Assembly: GCF_036321535.1 (NCBI RefSeq)
Contig: NC_087438.1
Coordinates: 10,976,001-11,040,000 of the forward strand
Direction: 5' to 3'
Length of the DNA: 64,000 nucleotides
Origin: Camelus dromedarius
Taxonomy: Eukaryota
Below, in pieces: positions 36,851-50,421 of the stretch. A model generated the notes under the pieces. The model ran no database searches, was not told the origin of the DNA, and worked only from the letters and a program-made list of their open reading frames with translations. Within the stretch, counting starts at the first letter, position 1. Every line of letters starts with the position of its first letter. Made by a program: the position numbers and the translations under genes.

Positions 36851-39800
36851 GAAGGTGTAAAATTGTAGGCAAGGTCAGCTACTTAAAGCAGACATGTTTG
36901 GAGACAGGGAAGTGGCACCTTTGGCACCCTGACACCTAAGCGGTAAAGGGAACACTCTCCTCCTCAGCAGAAGTAGCCTGTAGGTCCTAACACTTCCGAA
37001 TGTCAGTGAGCCAAGTAAAAAAGTTTGTGTGTTGAAAATGTAGAGTTTTAATGAATAAATCAGCCCATTTGGAAGTAGATTCCATCTATTAGATGTGAGT
37101 CAGAGACACTGACAGAGAGGAACAATGTGACAATATGCTGGTTACTAAGGTTCAGGTCAAAAGCAGAGACGCTCAGGGGTGACACTTACCTCTTACCAGT
37201 AGGCAAGGTAACAGCCCAAGGGAGTGGATGCTGGACAGTGTGCACACCCTGGTGCTTATCAGCGGGAGGCCAGTCATGAAAGAGGTTAAGTTAGGACCCT
37301 ACATAGAGTCACATACATTGTGGCCGAGTGGTTTTATATGTCCTTGATCAACACATGAAGCCAAAAGCAAAAGAGATACAGGTACAGAACCACAGTGATG
37401 AGGAAGCATAGGGGGCAGTTACAGCTGGACGGCCGGAGTTTCAGAGGAACAGGTGCTCTTGAAAGAAAGCATAACAATGATGGCATGGAAGAGACAGTGG
37501 ACTGCTAGAGAAATGACAAACCTAACTCCTCCTCCCAGCCCCGCAACTGGTCCCTGCGTGCAGACTGACTGGTCCCTGTCCAGAGGGAAAGGACAGCAAT
37601 GCAGAGCACTGGGACACTTCACTTGTCTCATTATTCGGAATTCCTTTATAAAACACTTCAAGGCTTACAGAAACAATGTGTTTAGGGATAGCTTAACTGA
37701 AAACTTTAGTGCTTTGTGCACCAAAAAAATATATGTTTGATTTTTCTAGTCACTTATTCTGAATAAGAAAATCATGGCTGGTTCTACAATTCCCAGTTGA
37801 GAGACACACTGAGAATTTCTACTACACATTTTGTGCCCCCTGGAATCTTTCTGACCAGGGTCAGAGATTTTTGTGGTAATTGCCAGCACAGTGCGGATTT
37901 AATTTGGTTTGAGGGGACATGTGAAAAATCCAAGCTCAGCAGGCCAAACCTCACGAAGGTTTAAAACATGAAATAAAGGCGCAGGCCTCCAGCCATCTCG
38001 TTAATGCCCGTGGCTGCCTGTATGTGTACGGACGCAAGGATGAGCCCTGCGAAGCAGCTAGAAGCTCCAACCATCGACCTTTATGCCTGGATTTTGCACT
38101 TGAGGGTTGGGGGGAGGTGAATAATAAGAGGCTGCTGGTTTAATAAAAATCAGCAGAGCAGGTACCTCCAAAGGGAGAACTGACATTGGAATTGTGAGGC
38201 ACAGGGCCAATCTCAGATCTGGCACGTCCCCGGGGGTACAGGACAGGACAGCTCAGGGGGGAGAGTTCTTCCGTGGTAATTTTGCATGGATTCCATGGCA
38301 CCTGAAGTGTTCCTAGGGCACCGAGGGAAAAGAATTATTCATGCCTCCCTGATCACGTTCAGCCTAATGGCACAAACCAGTACACAAATAGGGCTGCCGT
38401 GCAGGGCTCTTGGGGCTGGAATGTTTGCAGAGCATGTTTTTTTTTTCCCCAAGAGACTCTCTAAATTGAGTTGGAGGTGGGGAAAGCTGCTGTACATTAA
38501 TTGGAAAGTGATTCCAAGAACTAGAATTGGCATGTGGTCAGAGGGTGTTGGAGGGGACAGAAAGTAGGTGGGGAGAAGGCTGGGCAGCTGGGAGGGAAAA
38601 GGAGAAAAGGAGAGAAGCAGAAAAGCCGGGATAGTGCAGAGGGCTTGGCGAGCTGCCAGGAGATCTGCCAATGGGGAAGGGATGCATCGCCAAGGTAGAA
38701 AATCACTTAGATGCTAAGAACAAAGAAAGCACGCCATTCCAAACAAAGAAACTTTGCCGACCAGACCAACTCTGGTACCCATTCAAAGCATTATTACGCA
38801 CTGTGAATAAACATGGAGTCTCCTTTACTAACCGCTGACTCCATCATTATTTCAACTCTGTTGCTTTCCGTTTAAGCCTCTTTCACTAACACCTGATGTT
38901 GAATAGACTTGTCTGTCACACAGTGTATTCAGAGATGATCTATTCTTTGGAGCGGTCTGTAACTATTTTAAATTTCTAAGAACGGTGCCTTTAAGATTAT
39001 ATGTTGTGTGTTTCCTAAGTTATATTCACGCTCTGTAAAGTTGGCAAAGGTACTAAAAATAAAGCATAAGAGGATCATATACTGCTAAGCAAATCAGACA
39101 GCTTCTCTTTGGAGAGCAAAGTTGGGGAGGGAAGGAATCTTCATAGATACTCATTTTATTTACAGAACAAAGATAAATTAAGTTTAAATTTTTTATGCAC
39201 TGTTTTCCAGCAAAAAATGGCATTTTTACCTCATCTTTGACTTTTGAAAAATAAAATCAAATAAAAAGATGCTAACTGTGGATTTCCCCCTGCTTGCTTT
39301 GTTCACGTTTCTCCTCCTGAAATACCCCCTCCTCCGTTTCCAATGCGTCCTCGTTCTTTAGAGCTTACTGGCTTTTCACCTCCGCTATGAAGCTACTCTT
39401 TGTCATCACTGCCTTTAATGATCCATCACTCTCACAGCATTTATTTTCCTGCGTAGTCATTTAGTGTTTCATAAATGTGTTCTTTCTTCATGTCTGGAAA
39501 AAAGCTCTTTGTGAAAAGACAGTCCTATAAAATGAGGACTATTATTTACCTCTGGATTCTCCTCTCCATTGAGCTTTGCAAATCAGTGGTGGGGAGGTAA
39601 ACTCAACTGGTATTTATTGATTGAACATAAAACTGCAGTAGTAGCTTTAACATAATTTCTCTAACAAAGTGCATATATATCCAAGTTTCTTCTCTGTCAA
39701 GATATACATTTTCTTTCTGTATGACTCATTTTATTACCTAAGGTTAAAAAGCCTTACTTTTCCCCTTGGGGAGGTCACTGAATAACAGGGATTTGAGAGA

Positions 39801-40244
39801 ATCTTAGGACCTACCATATGTATAACATGCCTGTCTCCTCTGCTCTAAATATTGGGGAAGTTTCATGGCACCGCGTGACTCCAGAAGCATGACTCTGCAC
39901 TTCTTTTCACCCAAAGAAACTGAGCGTGGAGCTGCTCAGAGCTAATAACAGTGCTTTTTACTTTGCGATTTTCACTTGCTTCATCACTCATGTGATATGA
40001 TACAGGGTCCTCCTTAGCCAAGTTGCATTTTAAAGATTGCACCTAGAAGAAAGACACCATCATAATCAAAAGTATTGACTAAAGTACTGAGACTGAGAAA
40101 GGTACTCTCTTATCTCTCTCTTTTTTTGAACCCACTTATCCTTCAATTTTGTCCATTTCTCTGTCAGTGCTAGCCCTTCTTAGCTGACAGGAAGATCTTG
40201 CATACTGTGCAAAACAAAACTGTAAAAATTAGACAAACCAATTT

Positions 40245-40560
40245 TAGTGAAAATTGCAATTCTTGCAAAAGATTCAGGATTTCATGAAGTCATAGGGGAT
40301 AAAATATAATTGAATCCTTACCTCACACCATACAGAAAAATAAATTCCATTTGGATTACACATCTAAATTTTAAGTAAAGACATTTAAATTAGGGAAAAT
40401 AAGAATATTCTTTTGTAATTTGAAGGTGATAGAGATTTCAGGAAGACAGAGTATCCATAACCCATAGAAATAGAGACTAAGATGCTTAATAACATTAAAG
40501 GATAAACAAATACCACTGTGCAGTTAAAGATACAATAAATAAAAAGCAGTAGGGCTGGCT
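40245..40560 (+). mobile_element. Old L1M ORF2 fragment
   Basis: 'tgaatccttacctcacaccatacagaaaaataaattccatttggattacacatctaaat'. Confidence 0.7.
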
Positions 40561-43261
40561 AGTAGAGAGGGTGAGTATGTAATTTTAGCACCTGTATGCA
40601 GAGTTCATGTAGAGAAACTATTCCCTTTTCCATAGACTAGGGGGAAAAAGACTCATAAAATCCACTTATAAATAATATGAATTAACTGCAAAAAGGGAAA
40701 CACATAGAATTCCATGTTTAGATGTCTCCTTGGTCAATATGCTTGCTAAACATCACCTGTTATTTCTGCAGGGAAGCCTGCATTAGTGAAAAATTGTGTA
40801 GAGGGATGACCACATGGAGAAAGAGCAGTGTTGGTCTTCCATTCCTTGTTCCTGAGCGATGTGGAATGTGGATCCTGCAAATCATTGGGAGACTGAGGTG
40901 GTAGATGAGATTGTGGCAGCTGGGAGACAGTGCGTGCTACAGGCTTGCTAGGGATGAGGGCAGTCTAAAACAGAAGGACAAAAAGGAGCCCTGCTAAGAA
41001 GTCTGCAGTATGATGCTGTTAGCTAGTGATCAACTGGAGATAGCCAATTCTCACCAACAGCCTTCAAGGCATAGGACACCTGGACACCATTTCCTTTCAC
41101 TGAGCCAACAGACAATGATTTAAAGTAGAAGTTAGATTCAACCAAGGAAGCTTTCAGCCTCATGCAAGAAGTCAGATAGGGGGCACCATTTCTGCTCTCC
41201 CTCCTTTGCGTTCTGCAGTGAAGCCCAAGGAAAAGGGAAGGTGGGTGTTTGAGAGCAGACGACACCCTCCCTCACTGCTCCAAGCCTCCTAGCATCTCTA
41301 AGTGTGAGAGGGGAGAGGAAGGAGAGTTTAAACCAAAATGTGAGACTGAAATTTCTCAGTGATCAGGACTGAGAAGTAGTCTTTCTACAAATTCAGACTT
41401 ACTAGAAAGTGATAGAACTGAGCAAATATTGCTCATTAAGGGGCTCAGTACTGAGCAGCAAAGAGATGGTGAGAAAGAAGTTTAAACCTCCCCGTTAAAC
41501 AGACTTGCATGTGCCGTAACTTTCTGCTCTATAAGAGAGTTGTTGGAACATCAACTTAAAGTCACTAAGAGTAGCTTACCTAAACAGGTAGGTGCAAACA
41601 CTGTATAGTCACTTCAGTAGCCTCTTTTGGGGATGAAGGAAGCACTGCTTTGACTCACTGGGGCAAATTTCTTTGAGAAGTTGGACAGGAGGCCCATTGT
41701 CTGGAGAAAGAGAATGTAATCAGATCAGAGTTTGGAAGTCACAAGAGTCCAGTTCTCCTCCAATGGCCCACTAGAAAGAAGGCTGGTGATAGTTGTGGGT
41801 TTGTAAGGAGAACTCACATTCTTGGGGATGCCCACAAGCCCGAGGAGTCAGGAGCTGAACACCATATACCAATCTCAGAACCCTAAGCCTAGAGATACCA
41901 TGGCTGAGTTTGGCACTGAGTGGTCCTTGCTTCCTCTGAACACGTAGAGGTCTGTGATGGCATCTGGACCAGCATGGAGTCACTGGAATGCAGAAAAGAA
42001 TTACAGACTTGAGATATGACAAGTTTTGTGAGCTAATGAGACCCTAGTTCTTTCCTCACTTAGGCCTGGCAACTTGCCTGTTCCACTACCCACCAAGAGA
42101 GTTGCATCCATGTTTGTGTGAGATAACTCAAAAGAGGCATACAGTCTTCCCCACTAAAAATGCAAGTGAGTGCCCCACATTTCACTGAACAAATGAAAGA
42201 GAAGAAAACATGCTGAGAGGCCATTCATGGAAGTTCCATGTCAGAGCCCAAGACCTGGATTTGGGGATCCTCAGGCAGGATGATTCTCCATCACTGACTA
42301 ATCAAAATCTCTGGAGTGAGTCACTTGAGTTTGAAACAATGGCGATACAGTGCAGATTTTTTTCTATACAGTTGAACGATGTTAAGAGTGTGACTCAAAG
42401 TCCTTAGGAGATAAAATGTGGTTGAAAAAGAGGGATAAAGTACAGAATCAAGTTGTTGAAAATAATTCCTCTGTGACCATCAACGCTTTCTGGGAGATAA
42501 TGGAGAGGGGAATGCAGGGAGAGATATTTTTAACACTCTTATCTCAGACCATCACCTGGAGCCTGGATTGTCCATCAGAAACGTGGCTAACACATGGAGA
42601 CAGGAAACAGGAGAGGTCATGTTGTCTGCACAAGAAATAGTGATGCACCAGAAGCCTTAGGAGTTTTCAAGCAACAGGACATCCACTCCAGGAGAGAAGA
42701 TGTCTGAACCTTGGCTGACCAATTGTAACAGAAGCCTGCAAGTTTGTCAGTGAATGGACTGAGAGAATGAAGTAAAGAACAAGTGAAGAATGAGCTAGTG
42801 AAGCCCCTTACATGGTCTGCACTGGAGTCATCAAGTTTTCTCAGACAGGCAATACCTACACAGCTCTAGCCAACAGACACACTGGCTAAGTATTTTAAGA
42901 ATTGTCAGAGAAGAGGAAAGACATAACAGCTTGTCAAGGCCTTGGCTCAAAAAGTTTTGGAAACTGTTTCCCTCAAATGGCAGGGTCTACTCCCACGAAG
43001 GGGAAGGGTTTCTGAGATAACTCCCATGGATGCAGGGAAATGGAAATGCTCATTTTGTTGTTTTGTTTCTGGAGAAGACGGTCATTTTCTGGTAGCCTTT
43101 GAATAGGAGATTCCACGCAAATGCTAGAAAAGCTAAGGTGAGCCTAAAAACCTCACGGAATGAGAAGGACTTGAGCAGAGATGCCTTGTTTTTGCCAACA
43201 ATTAGGCTCAGCAATACTGAGGACCTCTCATCCCACAGAACACAGGAAGCTGAAGAAGGGG

Positions 43262-43645
43262 TGTGTGTTCAGCTGAAGGATGGCCTCAGAGATGTCCGCG
43301 TCTTAATCTTCAGATCCTGTGAACATCATCTAAAGCGACTTAAGGGACCTTATAGATGTGATCAAGTTAAAGATGACGAGATGGGGAGATAAGCTTGGTA
43401 GATCCAATATAATCCCCAGGGTCCTTATTATTAGGAAGGTAGGAGGGTCACTCAGGGAAGGAGATGTCACAGTGGAAGCAGGGATCAGAGTGATGCAGGG
43501 TCACAAGCCAAGGAGTCTGGGCAGCCTTTAGTAGCTGGGAAAGGCAAGGAAATGGATTCTTCCCTAGAACGTTCAGAAGCAACGCAGCCCTGCTGACTGA
43601 TTTAGGACTTCTGACCTTCAGAACGGCAAGTTCATAAAATAAGGT
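43262..43645 (+). mobile_element. MaLR LTR (MLT1D), 3' end missing
   Basis: 'agggaccttatagatgtgatcaagttaaagat...gagatggggagat...gctgggaaaggcaaggaaatggattcttccctagaa...ggacttctgaccttcagaac'. Confidence 0.85.
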
Positions 43646-44930
43646 TGTTCCAGGCTGGCCATGTCCACATCCATCACTGCTAGGTGAATTCAAAGTGATC
43701 CCCACACTGCTGATGTCTTGAGTCCCACCAGGAGTCAGAATTCACCACAGGGTCCTCATGTCTGGCTGCTGTCATTGGGCCTTTCACTTGGGGGCTAACT
43801 CTGACCCTGATTAAGACGAAACCAGAGGCTCAATGTGGGCACCATCCCACTCTGCTGGACGCAGCTACATCCTGACATTAGTGTGTTTAATCTCGAGGAG
43901 CTGCTCACTCTCAAGTCTTGTGAGGCTGATCAAAATCTTCCTCAGTATCACAGAGGAAGCAGGGCCCTTTGGAGTGGAAGAAGCTGGAATTATAGTTGAA
44001 AAAACTGCAGGGAAGGGTCTGGCCCATGAAGAGGTGGGTGTAACACTGCAGAGTTAGCTTGAGGGGCACCTGGGGCAATTCCTGACACGGACTCAGACGA
44101 TGCTGTGCCCTTGGGAGGTGCCCTGGAAGGACAGGTGAAGCCCTCCTGCTGAATAGACACTGCACATGGAAACTATGAATCAAGGCTAGCTTGTCTAGAC
44201 CCGCAAGTACATCCCCAAAGCCCAGTTGCCATCTCTCCACCACTGAGTCTCCAAAATTTGCTCTGCATCCCACAAAATGTAGCTCTAGGTCAGAGTTTAT
44301 TTATCCTACTCAGCAAAGCCCCACTGCTTAGAGAACAGCATAACTGACCTCACCCCTTCATCAAAGGGTTACCAAAACCCTCCCTGGATGGTCCTGGAAC
44401 AGACGTGGGGAGCCGGTTGTGAAAGGGATTGTGGAGAGAGGAGGAATGGGAAGACTGTGGAAGAAGAGGCGCTGGAAAAATCAGCTTACAATTTGCTATG
44501 TGATAATCCGCTGCCCCGTGAAATCTTTAGTAACATCTGCATTACTCATGAATGGATTTTGGATTTCAGTTTCTCTCTGGGGGCTGTAATAAAATGCTGA
44601 GTCTTGGTCACATCAGAGTTATAGCAATGTTTGCACAGAACAAATATTTAAACTGTAGAGTGTAGCTTAAAAAGTTTTTCTTATGAATGATTTAAATGCA
44701 CACTTGTTATTTCCTCTAAAAATAAATAATAAATACATTTATGTTTTTAAGTAATAGTTAAATTCTCATGCCTTCATTTATTTAATTGAATTGAATAAAT
44801 AGCTATTGAGCACTCAGGAGAAAAAGATGTTTTGTTTTTGTTTCTGTATGTATTGTAAGTTGATCACAGCCAGGCTGCACGAACATTGCATGATTCATTT
44901 GGGCTATGCATTTCCACAGCTAAGACTATG

Positions 44931-45025
44931 TTATTTTATTCTGTTTTATTTTATTTTTGTTTTTTTAATTGAAGTATAGTCAGTTATAATATGTCAATTT
45001 CTAGTGTACAGCATAATATTTCACT

Positions 45026-45063
<38 letters not shown>

Positions 45064-46130
45064 GTCATTTTCATTTTTTTCATTATAGGTTACTACAAGA
45101 TATCGAGTATAGTTCCCTGTGTTATATAGAAGAAACTTCTTGTTTATTTTATATATAGCAGTTAATATTTGCAAATCTCGAACTCCCAATTTACTTCTTC
45201 CATACCCCCTTTCCCCCCAGTAACCATAAGTTTGTTTACTATGTCTGTTTCTGTTTTGTAGATGAGTTCATTAGTGTCCTCTTTTTTCTTTTTTGTTAGA
45301 TTCCACATATTAGTGATATCATATGGTATTTTTTTTTCTCTTTCTGGCTTATTTCACTCAGAATGACAATCTCCAGGTCAATCCATGTTGCTGCAAATGG
45401 CATTATTTTATTCTTTTTATTGCTGAGTAGTATTCCATTGTATAAATATACCACATCTTCCTTATCCAGTCATCTGCTGCTGGACATTTAGGTTGTTTCC
45501 ATGTCTTGGCTATTGTATATAGTGCTGCTATGAACACTGGGGTATATGTATTTTTTCAAATTAGAGTTCCCTCTGGATATGCCCAGGAATGGGATTACTG
45601 GATCATATGATAAGTCTATTTTTAGTTTTTGAGGACTCTCCATATTGTTTTTCATAATGGCTGCACCAAACTGCATTCCCAACAATAGTGTAGGAGGATT
45701 TCCTTTTCTCTGGACTTTTGAATGATGGCCATTCTGACTTGTGTGAGGTGATACCGCATTGTAGTTTTGATTTGCATTTCTCTAATAATTAGCAATATTG
45801 AGCATTGTTTCATGTGTCTATTGGCCATTTGTATGTCTTCATTGGAGAATTACTTGTTTAGGTCTTCTGTCCATTTTTGGATTGGATTATTTGTTTTTTG
45901 TTAAGTTATATGAGCTTATATATCTATATTCTGAAAATAAAGCCTTTGTCAGTCACATCATTTGCAAATATTTTATTCCATTCTGTAGATCGTCATTTTG
46001 TTTTGCTTTCCTTTTGGTTTCCTTTGCTGTGCAAAAGCTTACAAGTTCAATTAGGTCCCATTAGTTTATTTTTGTTTTTATTTCTATTTCTTAGGTAGAC
46101 TTCCCTAGGGGGACATTGCTAAGATTTATG
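44931..46130 (-). mobile_element. 5'-truncated lineage-specific L1 (older subfamily than the 32.6 kb copy), with internal (TA)n
   Basis: T-rich tail, then 'ttgaagtatagtcagttataat...ctctttctggcttatttcactcagaatgac...tttcctttgctgtgcaaaagcttacaagtt'. Confidence 0.92.
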
Positions 46131-47357
46131 CAGCTAGAACCATTTTTAAAGCTAAGAAGTCAAGATCTGGGTCAAGGTCACTTTCTGCCTCTCATTGAAT
46201 CCATGAATCTGCCTTCCATAAAACAACCTATGATCTAGCTAGACATTTCTCAATTATTATTTTCAAATTGCAATGCTCGCATGTGTTTTCTGAGCCTAGG
46301 CACGTTAACAACTGAATAAAGCATTTGCTACATAATCTAACCACCATCAGTACTTGAAGTAGGAAGAAATAGCCATAATATGTGTGGTGTGTAAACTTTG
46401 CAGTGCCCTCCAGAGGCCAGTTTTCTCACAACAAAACAACTTCTTAGTACATGTTATCACTAAAATGCCTGCATTTTTGTAGTGTACCAAGACAGGCAGA
46501 GCACTTCTCAAGGAAAAAGAATAGAATGACCTCAGAAAAGTTCTGAAATAAAAATGTGATGGAATGCAATCTAAGACCAACAAAATTCTAAAAGATAAAA
46601 GAAAAATAATTAAAAGAAAACCCAAACTCTTTTTCCCAGAAATTGACAAAACTCCTTCAAAATTCAGAAGTAAAATACCAATATAAAGATAAATGTCTAT
46701 AAAAAGTATGCTGTTCTCCTAAATACTTAAAGCAATGTTGTCCAGCCAGAGCCAAAAGGCATCGGGTCCTAACAGGTGCAGGATTCAGGTTTAAAGAGTG
46801 ATCAAATTCAATTGCTAAACATACTTGCATGTGAGACTGAAAACAGAGCAAGAACACACAGGGGCCCGCATCCCACAGAACGGACTGATGGAGGTAAATA
46901 AACTACAACAGGCTGGGTTTAAATAAATTATGGTTGGGACGAAGCAGACAAAAGGCAGAGCATTCCACTTTGTTCTTGGGAGGAGATCTCAAGTGACCCA
47001 CGCAGCAGCCCAGGTCAGGGAACAGCATCTTAGTTTATAACCACTGAGGGGGAAAGCCTCCAAGAATGATGCTGACAGAATCGGAAAGTTTATAAAAGAG
47101 AAGTGTAACACCATGTGGCCACAGTTATTTGTTGCTTCCATGTTATCATCTACCACCCTCTCCAGCTGGCAGCCAGAGCCCCTGCACCATTTCTAGAACA
47201 GAGGATCAGGGGAAGCTGGAAGCTTTTATTCAGAAAGGGTTTTCAGCCTCTTCTCCATGAAAGGGACTTTCGTTGGATGCTCTGCATACGGGGAGGGAGG
47301 TTCCAAACATGCATATGTGACAAGTCTTTGCCTTCAAAGAATTTATGAGACCCGACA

Positions 47358-47402
47358 TGCACACACACCCATCCACACACACAAACACACACACACACAC
47401 AC
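47358..47402. repeat. (CA)n imperfect microsatellite
   Basis: Directly visible. Confidence 0.9.
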
Positions 47403-48159
47403 CCCTTTACTACAAACCAGAGACCATTCAGAGCCACACAAGAAGGAAAAACCCAGTGCCCTGCAAGTTCAGGAAAGTCTCAGTCTCCCTGGGGCAAAAG
47501 TAATTCTGCTCTCTTCTCAATTTCCATAGCACTCTGCGTGTTTTAGATTTCTTGATTTAGAAGAGAAATAATAGCCGTGTCCTCAGGTAACAGAGGACAA
47601 ATGTGCGGAGAATACCAAAAATAGATTTAGAAATAAATGCAATCAATTTTATTTAACAAACGTCTGTGGAATGTTCAGTACTGGTGCTGCTGCTGGCTCC
47701 GGGCACAGCGTGTGTCTCCTTGTGCATCCTGTGGTACAGTTTTCTAATAAAATGCAACTTGAAAGAACCCCAAGTTCAAAATGGTCATATAAGTAAATGA
47801 CAGCATTCCTTCTAGAAAAAGAAAGTAGAGCCTCTTTTCTATCAGGGCTAAGACCTTCCTATACCATAGAAGCCCAGAACAATGCTTCCAGCTGGAGATC
47901 CCCTTTCTCCTAAATGCTGAAAAACCAGAAATGATGGCCCAATCTTGAGTTCCTGTATTTCAAAATGTATAAGAGAGATTGTACATTTATCCACCCCCAC
48001 AGGACTTCATCAGCAGATCCAAGGAAATTCATATAAGGTGGAAATGAGCTGTTAACAAATGCAGTTTGCTTGACTATTTCAACCGCCATTAGTATTTGAA
48101 GTCACATCTAAATGGAGAGTAGGTGAGGAAACATACAGGAACGTAGTTGTGTGAAAGGC

Positions 48160-48602
48160 TGTATCCTGTGGCTGCTGCAACAATTGACCACAAACCTGAT
48201 GGCTTAAAGCAGTAGATATTTATCCTCTCATAGCTCTGAAGGCCAGAATTCTGAAATCAAGGTGTTGGTAGGACTGTATTCCTCGCAGAGGCTCTGGGGA
48301 GAATCCTTCTCTGCTCTTCTACCTTCTAGTGGCTGTTGGCATCCTTGGCTTGTGTCTGCGTAACTCTAATCTCTGCCTCTGTTTTCACATGGCCCTCCTC
48401 TCTGTGTGTCTCCTTTTCTGTTTCTTGTAAGGACGCTTATCATTGGATTTAGGGTGCACCTAGACAATCCAGCATGATCTCATCTTGAGATCGTAACCTA
48501 ATTACATCTGCAAAAACTCTTCTTCCAAATAAGGTTACATTCATGGTTCCGGAAGTTAGGACAAGTACACATCTTTTATAAGACCACCATTAACTCTCTA
48601 CA
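48160..48602 (-). mobile_element. MaLR solo LTR (MLT1B/C)
   Basis: 'cctgtggctgctgcaacaattgaccacaaacctgatggcttaaagc...taattacatctgcaaaaactcttcttccaaataaggttacattca...ccattaactctctaca'. Confidence 0.9.
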
Positions 48603-50314
48603 AAGACCAGGGAGGCTTGTGGGGAATAACTCATCTAATGGGAAGGAAGAATTCAGGTTTCTAAGTTTGGCTTAGGGACAACGGGTCAGAAGTGTTATAT
48701 ATTTAATAGAAACAGGCTGTATTCAGATCTGATTAATCCTGGTCGGTCTAGTGCTGAATCATGAAAATTTCTGTAAAGATATTTGAAAAGCTGGTTAAAT
48801 AGAATGACAAAAGGACGTTTGTCCCCTCTCAGGATGCTAATGCTCATAATCTGTTGGCTCCTGGCTGAGAGACAGATGGGGGAAATCTGTCACAGCATCT
48901 TTGTATTCCCAGGGCCTGGCTCAGATCCTCTCATAAGAGTAGTAGATGAATAAATCAATGAGTGATCAAAACACAGACCCTAAACTCAGCACTATCTTCC
49001 GGCAGAACAGGAAAGAGTCATTTTAGAGCCATTGGAAAGGAGCAAGTGACTGAGTAAATGGAAAATTCCTGAAACCAGCCATTATTAATGATGGGCTTCC
49101 TGCAGTCCTCTCTGCATGGAGAGTCAAGTTCGGTACCTTATTTCATAGGAACGTCCCCGTGTGATACGTTATCATGACCACGTGGTGGGGAGGAGAACAC
49201 AGCACTGCAGGTCAGGTGATTGATAAGGGATCTGGTTACCATTGTTTCTAGTCACGCCACCTTGAGAAAACGAGGTGTCGCCCTCTCTCCTCCCAGGCCA
49301 GTGGAGGGGTCTCAGTCCACGCCCAGGGCCAGCGCACCTGGGACCTCCCACCCGCAAGTTCCAGCAGCCAAACAGCAGTGCTACCCTTCCTGCCGTGTGT
49401 CCAGGAGTTTTCAGGGAATCCTGATGGTCCTGAGGCAGCATCGGTCCTAGCTCTAGCCTAACTCTCTATGCTCACCGTGAAGACTGACGGCAGCTGAGCA
49501 GACTCTGCACTGACGAGCTGTGTCTTGTATGATATGCTTCCCAGCACTTGCAGTGGGAAGAGGGGTTGGGACAGCTGGTCTCTTGCAGTGACTTCCAGAT
49601 GGGGAGCAGAGCCCTGTGGTAGACACTGGGTCCTCTTTTCTGTGTGCCCCACAAAGTAATACCCTCTTGTGGCATTTCTTTGTGCAATTTACCTGCACAG
49701 TATGTTCCAACATGCAAAGTGGGACAAGATATCAAGATTGATGTCACCAACAGACCTAGAATCACCTCCCTTTACTTTTCCCTGGCAATGACCCTAAGTA
49801 CCATGGAGTTTTCACATTATGTCCTTGGAACATAAAATGGTTAGTTACATCCTTTTCTGTAAGTACCAACTATTCCAAGCTGGGCTGGCTCATGCTGATA
49901 TGGAATACCAGTTGTATAAACACTGAAATACTTCCATGTTGGTTAGTCTATTTGGCTTCTGTCTCACATTTTCCAAGAGCCCCATCCCTGGCTGCTCCAG
50001 CCCCTCCCTTGTTCTCACCAGATTTCCCCAGTATTCAGTAGCTAAAATTTCGTGCCCAGCACAGCAGTTACCCAGAACCCTGTTTCAGGTGTGTGGCCAA
50101 TACCCACCCTGCTTGCTCAGTGCCTGTACCACACCAGTTGCTAATCTTGTGAATATCACCTCTGCTCTGACACCTCTGGTCTCCCTTCCTTTTTCTAATG
50201 CTCAAGGTAGAGCTGGAGCTGTTCTCTGTGATCCGATGTGGTTTTCTGTCTCCTTGCTTGCTGAAGAAGAAAGAACAAACCCAGGTTAAACAGTGTTGGG
50301 CCCCTGCTATCCCC

Positions 50315-50421
50315 ATTTAAGTCATTTGTCCACTCTTGATTACAGATTCTTCATCTATCAAGTACAGGAGTTGAACTCTCATCTCTAAAACCCTCCCAAC
50401 TTGAAAATTCCATGATTCTAT
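50315..50421 (+). mobile_element. MIR (MIR3/MIRc-like)
   Basis: 'ttcttcatctatcaag...ctctaaaaccctcccaacttgaaaattccatgattcta'. Confidence 0.6.

Noticed and set aside
40720..42050. Possible very old LTR elements
   Set aside because: LTR-like texture, but no diagnostic termini recognised.
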